Shown piece after piece: positions 1 through 12,274 of a DNA stretch of 64,000 nucleotides. The DNA is from Anthoceros angustus (lineage: Eukaryota > Plantae > Anthocerotophyta). How positions within the stretch are numbered: position 1 is the first letter of the stretch; every line of letters begins with the position of its first letter. The stretch covers positions 1,178,001 through 1,242,000 of the forward strand of contig MU008173.1 in assembly GCA_010909165.1 (NCBI GenBank). The letters run 5' to 3'. The notes beneath the pieces were generated by a model. It was not told where the DNA came from. It saw only the letters and a list, made by a program, of their open reading frames with translations, and made no database searches. The translations under genes were made by a program, and so were the position numbers.

Positions 1-24
1 TCATCTTTGCTACTCAAGCAATGT

Positions 25-918
25 TTATAAAAATGTTTCCGGAAACAAGAGCTTCAATCTGGATTTGAGAGACTCTTCAATCGTGGTTGGTTCGGCCATT
101 GCTCCATTTCCGACGTCTCCACAGGCAAGCAATTTCGGGATAGGATTAATTATCATAACACCAAGTTCTTCAAGAACCTTCAAATGCGGCTTGGTAAATG
201 GACTGTCCCACATCAACGTGTTCATAGCAGGAGCAACAAAGAACGGCTTCGAAAAATCCCAAGCTCGCACGATGCAAGTCACTAAATTGTCACAAATGCC
301 ACTTGCAACCTGCAAAAGAACAGAAGCAGTGAGAACATTGAACAGAGCCTTCTCGACACTATGCACCTGCGTACGCTAATAAAACGTAAACGGACTGCGA
401 CCTGCACAAAGTCCTGATGTAGGCCTACATCTCAATATACCAGACACAAGTCTAGCATGTATGAGGACGACACCAAAATACTCTTGCACATAAGGAGGGG
501 TCAAAGTTAGAGTAGATCTCAAATCTTCGACAGTGACAAGAATGTGCGTGACCTCCAACATACTTCGAGACGCCAGTGTGCAATCACAGGGAGCTCTAAC
601 CTTAGCAAGCGTGTTGGCAGAAAGAGGGGCAATGACTAAGGCATCGGCCCATCGCCTGAGCTCGATATGAAGCACAGTGTCCCCTTTCTTCCTCCAACTT
701 AACCACTCGTTCTCATCGGTGTACAATCCAACACCGGGTGACAGAGAGCTGGAGTCGATGAAGTGCAACGCAGACTTGGTGACTACAACGGCTACCTCCG
801 CCCACTGCGAGATGCCGTTAGCAAGCGTAGTGAGCTTTATGGCTGCTACGCTTCCCGTAGCCGCAACGATGACGCGGGGCTTCCTGGGCTCGAAATTGGA
901 ACCGCCGCCAGACGCCAT
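25..918 (-). CDS. HAL3: Phosphopantothenoylcysteine decarboxylase (HAL3/PPCDC flavoprotein), intact, 2 exons (918-601, 309-25), 200 aa
   Basis: Spliced translation MASGGGSNFEPRKPRVIVAATGSVAAIK...VLHIELRRWADALVIAPLSANTLAK|VASGICDNL...PAMNTLMW...LACGDVGNGAMAEP matches plant HAL3 motifs. GT..AG intron 600-310 in phase 0. Catalytic His (VLHIEL) and Cys (ACGD) are present. Confidence 0.94.
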
Positions 919-939
919 GCGGCCACAAAACCTAGCCCT

Positions 940-1245
940 CAAGGCACGCAAGGCGCCGGTCGAGAAGATCCACAAGCGGGATGTCACAAACCTCTTGCCG
1001 AAAGCAAGCATCCAGCTGACACTTCACCACATTGCACTGTCCAAAGAATTTAGCCACCGGATGCTCGTCATCACCACTCTTGAACTGCTTGATGATCTGC
1101 ACAGGCAATTTGCAGACTCCACAAATCGCATCCCAACCGCTGGACATACGAGGCATCCTCAAGCGAGGAAATTCAAACGTCCGAGCAACCACGATGCTTG
1201 TGCAAACCCAGCAACTAGCTGCTGCGGGTTTGCCCTAGATTGCCA
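940..1245 (-). pseudogene. CMC2: Degenerate CMC2 (twin CX9C) copy upstream of intact HAL3
   Basis: Colinear with 54132-54450 but lacks the ATG-containing segment. Exon-2 KRC has become KSG (one Cys lost). The whole of exon 3 plus part of the spacer is deleted (junction near 935-940). Confidence 0.82.
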
Positions 1246-1737
1246 CCTAGGTGTGATAGGGTACTTAACCTGTTTTTATTTTTAACTAAAGCCAAACTTC
1301 TAGTTTTCTAAATCGCGATAAGAGTTTCCATGCTCCTTCTTATCTCGTGGCAACACACTATCGGAAGTTGTTTTTGAGACGGCAGATTGTGCTTTGAGCT
1401 TGAGAATTTCTTGTCTTGGTAATGATATTGTTGCACCATTTGTGGCTGCAAAGGAGTTTCTCAATAGTCTAGAGGTCGATGTGATCGTTCCTTCAACCTT
1501 CCTGCTTGGAAAGGATTTTTGGTAGAGAGCACATATTGATTATGACTTTTCACTCCATGGATGATCGCCTCCAGTCATAACCACGAGCATAAGCGTATCA
1601 AACCACACCGCCAAGGAAGACTGGTAGCAATCAACAGCTGCATACACACGGATGCAGCTGAAAAGGAGGCTTACTCACTTGGCAGCGAGAAGTCCTTTGC
1701 TTCCAGTTGTTAAATAGAGCATTGCAGACGGACAACT

Positions 1738-1880
1738 CAATTACATATCAATGAGGATCTTACACCATTGTACTGGAAGGCTAAGAAGGAGAAGTTACTC
1801 GCTTTTAAAGCTACTCGTGCTCCAATCAAGAGGCTTTCTTTCGTGGGGACGATTTGGTGGTGTTTAGCCCATTTTCATTG
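1738..1880 (+). mobile_element. Possible LINE ORF1-like remnant
   Basis: Reads QLHINEDLTPLYWKAKKEKLLAFKA. An INEDLT-type motif is typical of LINE ORF1p C-termini. Short and unsupported otherwise. Confidence 0.3.
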
Positions 1881-1958
1881 ACATTGTTGGTTGATTGAAG
1901 ATTATTTGTCTTGTTTGAATTTTACCTTTGCATTCGTCTAGACCATTTTACCACAATC

Positions 1959-2427
1959 CATGTAGTTGCCATATTTCAGTCCCACAACGGAAATCCGTCA
2001 TTAGTGAACTTCAATAAAATTCTTCTTCTACTACTAACTTATGACAAATTTATCGTGATCTCGTCCTCCCCTTTTAATACCTACATTTTACATAATTTCT
2101 AAACGAAGGAACCTTCAAGTAAGGTCTATCGTCTTCGACAATACTCATACATACAGTAACAACCTATGTGGCCATACTTGAAATCCTGCTCATATATAGA
2201 GACTAGGTCATTGCTCAAACTCCTACTCTTTACTATTATATTCTATTATAGGAGAAAGAATTTCATTAATGAATTATTATTTTACATTAACCTCCAATAC
2301 AAGCAAACAAGTTTATTGAAAATGCAGCAAACAAGTTTATTGAAAATGCGATGTAGAAGAAGAAAAATTGTATTTAAGTTCACTAAGGACGGTTTCCGTC
2401 ATGGGACTGAAATATGGCAACTACATG
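1959..2427. repeat. Inverted pair (about 75 bp arms) of the stem-loop/AATAAAA/(TTC)n module
   Basis: 1959-2035 CATGTAGTTGCCATATTTCAGTCCC..CGGAAATCCGTC..AATAAAATTCTTCTTC is the reverse complement of about 2350-2427. No TSD found. Confidence 0.75.
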
Positions 2428-2919
2428 TTTTAAAAGAAAGATATGTGTTTCCTTTTCCTTGAACTATAGACTTCACTACTGAAAGGATGATTTGGTTTCC
2501 TTGTAAGAGTGTTTCTAGAAAGCCAACTTTCATACGTATGACCTCTCTACATTGCAGTTCGAGTCCAATTCGATCACAGTTCAGTTATAATTTAGTTTGC
2601 CATGCAGCAAATTGAACTGCATCAACTACTACACGAACACAATTTAACACGGCCTACAGTTCGCTGACTTGGCGCTGTACAATTCAACTCACACCCAACT
2701 ACCCGGTGAATTGAACTATTAGGAAACTCACTCATGTACAACGCGGCTATGCCGCAAGCGCGGTGGCTTGGACGTGAACATAGCAAGTGTGGGTACAAGC
2801 GTGTGTGGGCCAGCGATGTGGCGATGTCACAGGATTCCACCTTCACGCACATTGCGGAGCGGCAAGGAGGCGAGCACACCAAGCTACACCCCAGTGTGTT
2901 GATCACCAATTCAACATGC

Positions 2920-3155
2920 AAACTCAAGTCTTGCCTCCGAGAGCCGAACCATCACTATAGGGAAAGGGAATTCCGGGGATGGATTTGAGCTGAAGGCACA
3001 AAAACTCAACCCTTGCCTCCGAGAGCCAAACCATCACCACTGGAACACTCGGGATGGAGTTGAGCTGAAGGCATGGAAACTCAAGTCTTGCCTCCGAGAG
3101 CCGAATTATCACTGCAGGGATAAGCGACATTGGGGATGGATTTTAGCTAAAGGCA
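2920..3155. repeat. Minisatellite, about 3 units of about 75-80 bp
   Basis: AACTCAAGTCTTGCCTCCGAGAGCC...GGGATGGA(T/G)TT(G/T)AGCT(G/A)AAGGCA repeated three times. Confidence 0.85.
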
Positions 3156-6100
3156 AGCATTTAGGCAGTAGGATGCACTGTCTAGCGGAGCGTCTACCAC
3201 ACACAGGACATTTGGATGCATTCGGATGACATTTGTTTCTTTATTAGAAAAAAATTTCTAATAGGAAATCAAGAAAATGTTTGAGAAACCCTTTTGTAGT
3301 TATTTTGTTTGATTTGTTTATAGGAATTTTGTATTTCTAGGAGCCCGTTCTAGCGCATCTATTGCCAGATTGTTGCAAAGCAATCATCGCACGCTAGAAC
3401 GGCCGCCAAGCAAAAATATCTTTATAAAATCATATAGAATTACAATATGTTTCTTGGAATTTTCTAAAATACAAGAATTCTGGCCAAATGAATGGCCGAT
3501 CCTCAGGACGGGCATATGCGGCCTGGATGGCATAATCGCCAAATACAACCTGGTGCGCAACGCAGAAGAAGAAGCTCACGATCTTCACCATCGCCCGCCT
3601 CCACGAGGACTCCTCAAAATCTCCCAAATGTGCAACCTGCTATTGTTGGTAACGGCAATCTTCGGGGTTTCCTAACCACAAACGTAGCACCGCACACCAG
3701 CATATCACATTTAAGTTCTAGACTAGAATCCTGATGACATGTAGATGCTTTTGAAAACATAAGTCGAAAAATTGCTGCTCTTTCTGAGGACTTACAATCA
3801 TTGCTGGAGCAGGTTGGTCACTTGGATTTCAAATTGCTTGCTTTGTTAAAGCTCGCTTCTTGCTAACCTCGCAATCGAGGGATGTAAGCATGCTACAAAA
3901 CTAACAAGCATCATAAATTTGAGCATCCAAACTCGTGTCCATCATGCATGACCTATTCCTTTAATCATTTGGGAGATTAGGAAAACACAACATAAAGGAA
4001 AAGGTAGATAGGAGATGGTCAATTTGCATGTGCAGACCAACGATAACCCATCTTACCTCAGAAAACAGCGGGCAGCCTACCCTTGATGCACTTGTAGCAT
4101 CATAACTCTTCTGAATCCTCACACTGTTAACGCAAAGGATCACAGTGCATTAGAAATTCATCCATCACATCCTCACCGTGAGGAGGAAAACATGGGTGAC
4201 GCTAATTTAGCGGGAGGGATTTTAGGAAAAGGATAGATTCGGGGAGATTATGACATCTGGGTACTTAGAATGCGGAGCACTTCAAAACAAGCGTGGCCTT
4301 GGGTAAATGGAACATCAAAGTCCTCGATCATTGGTACCCCTCACCGATCAAGGCACTTGATGCTTGGAATACAAAGGATGAAGTGCGTTCCTCCTTGAGT
4401 GGTCTCACCGACATGTTGAGACAGACTTGCAAAACCTCACCGATATTTGGACGCTGCTCCAAAGTCTATTGCCGGAACAGATGACACAAGTCAAATGACG
4501 CCTTCGCAACATACAAAACTTGAAGATGAAAGAAGGAGAATCCATTGAAAACACTTGACTACCTTTAGATCCCTAGTCTCCAAGTTTGAAAGTGCACGAT
4601 AGTGTGAAGGATCGTCTCATCCTTCATTTCATGATGTCACTCCCAGTCTTGGTCACATTTCGACCTCATTCAACACCTCGCAACTACAAGGCGAAGATTG
4701 CCAAGGTGCAGTGTTGATCTCCCAAAACAACATTTGCGAATTAGTGGGAGCTTCTTCGTGAAGAAGTCACAAGAGGACAATTCAAACGTCAAAAAGAAGC
4801 TTTGTACACCAACAACAAAGGAAAGGGCAAAAGCCCAACCCGAGTGAGCAGAATACCTCAAGTGTGCGGCTCACAACTTCTCCGGAAGAAGCCCAAGAAG
4901 GCTGGAAAATGCCATGGTGCCAAATTCCGTGCCATTGGGAGTCCGAGTGTCGAAGAAGCCCCGAGTACCTCGCAAGGAGGGCAACTCCACTTCACGACAC
5001 ATGTTGTGGTGACTAACAAGGCTCTACCGCAGCCCTCACCGTAGGGACCAGGAGTTTTCCTCACCCTCTAACCCCACATGCTTGTTTGCAAATACCAAGG
5101 CAAACCCATACTGAGTGGTTCCTTGATACAGTGCAACTGCCTTTGTCTGTTTAAGTTCATTCGTCACATACAGGTTAGTTCAAAACATATTTGTTTACCT
5201 AGGTGACGATAGCAGGCTTGTGTGCCCTGGTGTTGGCACTGCTGTTTGTCATCCTTCAGCACGCCTTGCTTACAGACGTGTATCATGTGCCTGAAATGAC
5301 CAGAAACTTGATTTCTGTTAGGAGGTTGAATATGGATAATCATAGTCACATCCTCTTCACTCCGGTAATGTAGGATTATAGATGCTTTTGATCATCGCAA
5401 AATCCTAGCCTATGGATCATCGACCATGATCTCTTTAGATCCCTCTAGTCTCCAAGTTTGAAAGTGTCTGCGCAGGTGTGAAGGATCGGGGCTCTCATCC
5501 TTCATTTCATGTCACTCCAGTCTTGGGCACATTTCGACCTCATTCAACACCTCGCAACTACAAGGGCGAAGATTGCCCAGTGCAGTGTTGACCTCCCAAA
5601 ACAACATTTGCGAATTAGTGGGAGCTTCTTCGTGAAGAAGTAACAAGAGGACAATTCAAACGCCTGCAAATGAAGCTTTGTACACTAACAACAAAGGAAA
5701 GGGCAAGAAGCCCAACTTCGAGGTAGACATACACCGTGTGCTAGCACTCGCAAGGAGCTTCTACGAAGCCAAGAAGGCCGGAAAGTGCCACCCAAATTCC
5801 GTGCCATTGGGAGTCCGAGTGTCGAAGAAGCCGGAGTTCCCTGCAAGGAGGGCAACTCCACTTCACGACATGTTGTGGTGACTAAACAAGGCTTACTGCA
5901 CACGTAGGGACCAGGAGTTTTCCTACCCTTGCTAACCCCACATGCTTGTTTGCAAATACTCAAGGCAAACCCATACAGAGTGGTTCCTTGATACAGTGCA
6001 AAACACATCTGTTGACAAGTTCATTCGTCACACAAAGTTAGTTCAAAACATATTTGTTTACCTAGGTGACGATAGCGTGCTCGGTGTGCCCCGGTCACGG

Positions 6101-8743
6101 CTGTCGCCGCCCTTGCATCACACTCTTGCTTACGATGTGTATCATGTGCCCGAAATGACAAGAAACTTGATTGCTAGAAGGTTGAATATGGATAATCAAA
6201 GTCACATCCTCTTCACTCCGAGAATGTAGGATTATAGATGCTTTTGATCATCGCAAAATCCTAGCCTATGGATCATCGACCATGATCTCTTTAGATTGCA
6301 CACCACGCCACCTAGCTTCAAAGTCCTACGTTCGAGACAACAGTAGCAGAAGAAGAAGCTAGGTTATGGCATGCACGCTTAGGTCACCCTCACGAAAGTT
6401 GCAAAAACTAGTTGCTAGTGACCTATCTGATGGTAAAATTGGCGCTTGCCACCCTTACCTCTCTGTGAAGCGTCTGTCCAAACGTCATCACAACCTTCAA
6501 GAACAAGCTCCTCACGAGCTTCCGAAGTGCTTGAACTTGTGCACATCGACATATGTGGGCCACTCACCCTCAATTGGTGGTGGCCGATACTTACTGCATT
6601 TGACAAGACGAGATTTGTCATGGCTTACATCTTAAAAGCTAAAAGTGAATGTTTCTCTTTGTTCAAAGACTACATGAAACTTGTAGAGAGATGGATGTGA
6701 AATCGAAAGTCCTACGTTCGATAATGGTGGAGAATTCACATCCAATGAATTTCACACCTACTGCAAGGACGAAAGGATATGCAGACAACTTACAGTGTAT
6801 ACGCTGCAATAGAATGGCGTTGCCAAGCGCTTGAACTTGATCTTACAGGAGATGGTCTCCTCTATGCTTCACCAAGCCTCTTTGCCACTATCCTACTGGG
6901 CTGAAGCCCTTATGACAGCTGTGTATCTACGTAACATACAAAACTTGAAGATGAAAGAAGGAGAATCTATTGAAAACACTTGACTACCTTTAGATCTCTA
7001 GTCTCCAAGTTTGAAAGTGCCGCAGATGTGAAGGATCGGGGCTCTCATCCTTCATTTTCCTCGATGTCACTCCAGTCTTGGTCACATTTCGTGACCTCTT
7101 TTCAACACCTCGCAACTGCTAAGGAAAATCGCCAAGGTGCGTGTGTTGACCTCCCAAAACCACATTTGCGAATTAGTGGGCGCACTTCTTGGGAAGAAGT
7201 AACAGAGATGCTTTAAGCGTGCAAATGTAAAGAAGCTTTGTACACCAACAACAAAGGAAAGGGCAAAAGCCCAACTTCGAGGTAGAGAATACCTCAAGTG
7301 CTAGCACTCGGAGCTTCTACGAAGAAGCCAAGAAGGCCGGAAAATGCCACTGGTGCCAAATTCCGTGCCATTGGGAGGCAGTGTCGAAGAAGCGATGAGT
7401 TCCTAAGGAGGGCAACTCCACTTCACGACACATGTTGTGGTGACCAAACAAGGCTCTCACCATGTAGGGACCAGGAGTTTTCTTCTCACCCTCTAACCCC
7501 ACATGCTTGTTTGCAAATACCAAGGCAAACCCATACAAGTGGTTCCTTGATACAGTGCAACGCATCCGTTTTCTTTAAGTTATCATTCACCACATATGAG
7601 TTAGTTCAAAACATATTTGTTTACCTAGGTGACGATAGCAGGCTTGTGTGCCCTGGTGTTGCCACAGTCAAGCTGTCAGTCCCTTCAGGCATCACGCTCT
7701 TGCTTACAGACGTGTATCATGTGCCTGAAATGACCAGAAACTTGATTTCTGTTAGGAGGTTGAATATGGATAATCATAGTCACATCCTCTTCACTCCGAC
7801 AGAATGTAGGATTATAGATGCTTTTGATCATCGTAAAATCCTAGCCTATGGATCATCAGACCATGATCTGTTTAGATTGCACACTCACATCAGTCACGCC
7901 AACGCCAGCCTAGCTTCAAAGTCGCAGACAACAGGGTGGAAGAGTAGGTTATGGCATGTACGATTAGGTCACCCTCACAGCGCAAAGTTGCAAAAACTAG
8001 TTGCTAGTGACCTATACGGTGATGGTAAAATTGGCGCTTGCCACCCTTACCTCTGTGAAGCTGTATGTCATCCAACGTCATCAAGCGACCTTCAAGAACA
8101 AGGCTCCTCACGAGCTTGAGTGCTTGAACTGCTCGACATATGTGGGCCACTCTCACAGCCCTCAATTGGTGGTGGCAGATACTTCCTTACATTCACAGAC
8201 GACAAGACGAGATTTGTCATGGCTTACATCTTAAAAGCTAAAAGTGAATGTTTCTCTTTGTTCAAAGACTACATGAAACTTGTAGAGAGATGGACAGGGA
8301 AATCGCTGAAAGTCCTACGTTCAGACAATGGTGGAGAATTCACATCCAATGAATTTCACACCTACTGCAAGGACGAAGGGATATGCAGACAACTTACAGT
8401 TGTGTATACGCTGCAATAGAATGGCGTTGCCAAGCGCTTGAACTTGATCTTACAGGAGATGGTCTCCTCTATGCTTCACCAAGCCTCTTTTACTATCCTC
8501 GGGTGAAGCCCTTATGACATGTATCGTAACATACGCCCTACAAGCTGCCGTGCTAGGACAGACCCCCTTTGAAGCTTTCTATGGCAGGAAGCCAGCTATC
8601 CAACATCTTCGCACTTTCGGATGCATCGCTTATGCCTTCATCCCTAAGGTCAAGAGGACCAAGTTAGCTGCCAAAGCCAAGAAATACCTCATGTTAGGGT
8701 ATACTGAAGGTATAAAAGCCTACAAGCTATATGATGTACCTCA

Positions 8744-11700
8744 AACAGTGTTTCTCAGCATAGGGGTTTGTCTCCGAACCCCATTTTGGCCCCAACCATC
8801 CAGAAATGCACATGTCTCATTTCACTGCTTTGATGAACCACAGCCCATGCATCCGAGCCCAAGAAGACCTAATGCCCACCGTCCGCACAAATGCGGACAC
8901 ACCTTTGTACCAAGTGGCGGATACTTCCTTACATTCTGCAACGACGAGATTTGTCATGGCTTACATCTTAAAAGCTAAAAGTGAATGTTTCTCTTTGTTC
9001 AAAGACTACATGAAACTTGTAGAGAGATGGATGGAAATCGAAAGTCCTACGTTCGAGACAATGGTGGAGAATTCACATCCAATGAATTTCACACTCACCA
9101 AGGCGAAGGATATGCGACGACAACTTTCTGATTGTGTACTGCAATAGAATGGCGTTACGCTTGAACTTGATCTTCGGAGATGGTCTCCTCTATGCTTCAC
9201 CAAGCCTCTTTGCCACTATCCTCGGTCAAGCCCTTACTGTGTTATGTATCGTAACATACACAAGCTGCGTGCTAGGGCAGACCCCTTTGAAGCTTATGGC
9301 GAGGCGACTATCCAACATCTTCGCACTTTCGGATGCATCGCTTATGCCTTCATCCCTAAGGTCAAGAGGACCAAGTTAGCTGCCAAAGCCAAGAAATACC
9401 TCATGTTAGTATATCTTGAAGGTATAAAGCCTACAAGCTATATGATGTACCTCAAACAGAGCATATAGGGTTTGTCTCCGAACCCCATTTTGGCCCCAAC
9501 CATCCGTAAATGCACATGTCTCATTTCACTGCTTTGATGAACCACAGCCCATGCATCCGAGCCCAAAGAAGACCTAATGCCCACCGTCCGCACAAATGCG
9601 GACACACCTTTGTACCAAGTGGCGGATACTTCCTTACATTCTGCAACGACGAGATTTGTCATGGCTTACATCTTAAAAGCTAAAAGTGAATGTTTCTCTT
9701 TGTTCAAAGACTACATGAAACTTGTAGAGAGATGGATGGAAATCGAAAGTCCTACGTTCGACAATGGTGGAGAATTCACATCCAATGAATTTCACACTCA
9801 CCAAGGCGAAGGATATGCGACGACAACTTTCTGATTGTGTACTGCAATAGAATGGCGTTACGCTTGAACTTGATCTTCGGAGATGGTCTCCTCTATGCTT
9901 CACCAAGCCTCTTTGCCACTATCCTCGGTCAAGCCCTTACTGTGTTATGTATCGTAACATACACAAGCTGCGTGCTAGGGCAGACCCCTTTGAAGCTTAT
10001 GGCGAGGCGACTATCCAACATCTTCGCACTTTCGGATGCATCGCTTATGCCTTCATCCCTAAGGTCAAGAGGACCAAGTTAGCTGCCAAAGCCAAGAAAT
10101 ACCTCATGTTAGTATATCTTGAAGGTATAAAGCCTACAAGCTATGATGTACCTCAAGCAGAGCCGGCATAGGGTTTGTCTCGAACCCCATTTTGGCTAAC
10201 CATCCGAAATGCACATGTCTCATTTCCTTTGTTTTCAATGATTTGCGAACCCACAGCCCATGCATCCGAGCCCAAAGAAGACCTAATAGTATGCCACAAA
10301 TGCGGACACACCTTTGTACCAAGTGGTAGGATGGTAGCACTTATGCTCCAAAGAGCGGAGTGCGCCAACGTCCGACTTATACTCCAAAGAGGTGCAATAC
10401 ACCGGGTTTGGAGAGGGTTGCGTCAATACTTGTGTAGGCAAGCACTTTCGCTCAAGTTGCTTGTGCACACTTGCCACCGCACCAACACTCACATCAATTC
10501 TCTTTTCAAACCCCGTGATTGAGCAATCCCGGATGGCGGGCATACCATCGACTGGCCCCTCGTGTCGGAGATAAGCCGCACTTAGATCTGCGGCATTGGG
10601 CGAAATTGGGTAAAGGATGGTGAGGCCTCCTCAACCGTTCTTGATCAAACTCTTGAGCTTACATTTCTTCTTGTCAAGTCCATCCGCTTTCAACCTTAAT
10701 CTATCCATGGGTGGCACATGGAGCAAGTCGGATCTTAAATTCAAAATCTCTGGCGAAGCTTGGCTATAGTTCTCTGAACACCTAGCCATTTGTAGTGGGC
10801 GTCACGGTGGGTATAGAGCGGTCCTCCTTGAGCCTCATGAAATACTCACCATTTGGTCAAAACCCCACTCGGGCGACCCCTCTTTCTTCAGATACTCTGG
10901 CTCTCACTAGGGCTCGCGGTGGCGAGCGGATGCTCTCTTATACTTGTGTTCATCAAGCAGGCTTACTCAAGGAAAATCATCTATTCTATTTATTTTCTTG
11001 CTTCTCTGCAAAACATTGTGAAACATTATCGTCTTCAAAAGGTTGGCCATTAGAAACCACCATCATACATGTCGAATTTTGGAAAATGTAGCTCATCTAG
11101 AAACCAAGGCCTATGCATCTATCGTGCATCAAACTCGAATGAGCGGACATTTGGCGCACCAATCAAAGAGATCCAAATGCAAGTCATCGGAAGGGCACAT
11201 AGAGTAAGGCCAAAAGGTTTTACATGTTGTATACAAAGCGAATGTGGGAATATAACATCAACCAACAAATGATTTTCAAAAATAATATTCATGACTTTAC
11301 GCCTAGATCTGGGATGATTTACAAATTTTTCAAACCACTAAAATCAACACTCCATCCTAGTATTGATACGCCTCTAGGTTGTATGTGGAGTTGTTACAAA
11401 GTTTTCAAAGCGCCAAAAACAAGCAACCATCCTAGTACTAATCCGACCCAAGAGTGCTTAACAAGTTCTAAAGCACCAAAGTCAAGCACCCCATCCTAGT
11501 ACTAATCCGACCCAAGAGTGCTTAACCTTGGAGTTCTTATGCCATTGAGTCTATCTGCACCTATCCCGAGATATGCTTAAAGACAAACAATATATATATA
11601 TATTTGCGGGGCGTACATCCACCATTTCCATCTCTGGCGCCCACAAGATTGGGGTCTCTCAAAAAATGCGCCGACGCAGGCTTTAGCAGACTCGCGCCAA

Positions 11701-12274
11701 TGTGCGAGCGTCCGGCGCATTGTTCCAATTCCTTCTATGTTTTCACTCTAACAATGGAGATCCTGTGGTTGTGTACTCACGATGCACGGGCGTCAGCTAC
11801 TTTTAGAGTCGTAGTTTGGTCCTCTCGAGATGGCCATGATCGGGCTATCGGTTAATGTTCTCTCACAATTCGCGGACGTCCGGCGCGATTTACTCTTTTA
11901 CTTGCGGTGCTACTTTTGCGTGTTGGTTGCGCCGGACGTCCGCAGCTTGGCTTGTTGGACTAATTTTGTTTGGTTTTGCCCACTGCTCACCCCGCTAGGA
12001 AGTACTATCGCTGCGAAAGAGGTGTTTAGGATTCCTAGCACATTAAAATCCTTGAAATCCCTTCCTTGTGAAGGTGAAATCCATGAACCTTCTTGACCAA
12101 CATTAGCGTAAGTATTCACGAGAAAATAACATGGTCAATGTCTTTCAGTACATGTCTAAAGAGTGGTTTTGCTAAAGATGATGCATTTTGGTCCGTTTTC
12201 GGGGGTCATTTTTTGGTCTTTAGGGACCCAAACCCTTTTTATGGAGAATAACCCCTATGCTGAGAGACGCTGTT
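8744..12274. mobile_element. Non-autonomous TIR DNA transposon (AACAG...CTGTT ends, 4-bp TSD CTCA) inserted in the A1 integrase region
   Basis: 25-bp TIRs 8744-8768 and 12250-12274 match at 23/25. CTCA on both flanks. Removal restores the copia frame KLYDVPQNKVVYARSVTFDE. Span includes duplicated copia segments; no transposase recognised. Confidence 0.85.

Noticed and set aside
376-1011. 211-aa ORF as a single-exon HAL3 with N-terminal extension
   Set aside because: Similarity ends at LSANTLAK, where a GT donor begins. The rest is intron read-through, and the upstream part is CMC2 remnant.
2920-3155. CRISPR-like repeat array (also 20578-20790)
   Set aside because: The units are contiguous degenerate repeats without unique spacers, there are no cas genes, and the context is eukaryotic.
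8744-12274. Interpretation as hAT (CAG ends, 8-bp TSD) or Spy-type (no TSD, AAA|TTT)
   Set aside because: The 8-bp flanks mismatch (ACCTCAAA/TTCTCAAA; TCCAGGAA/TTTAGGGT), and both models leave extra bases that break the host reading frames. The 4-bp model restores both.
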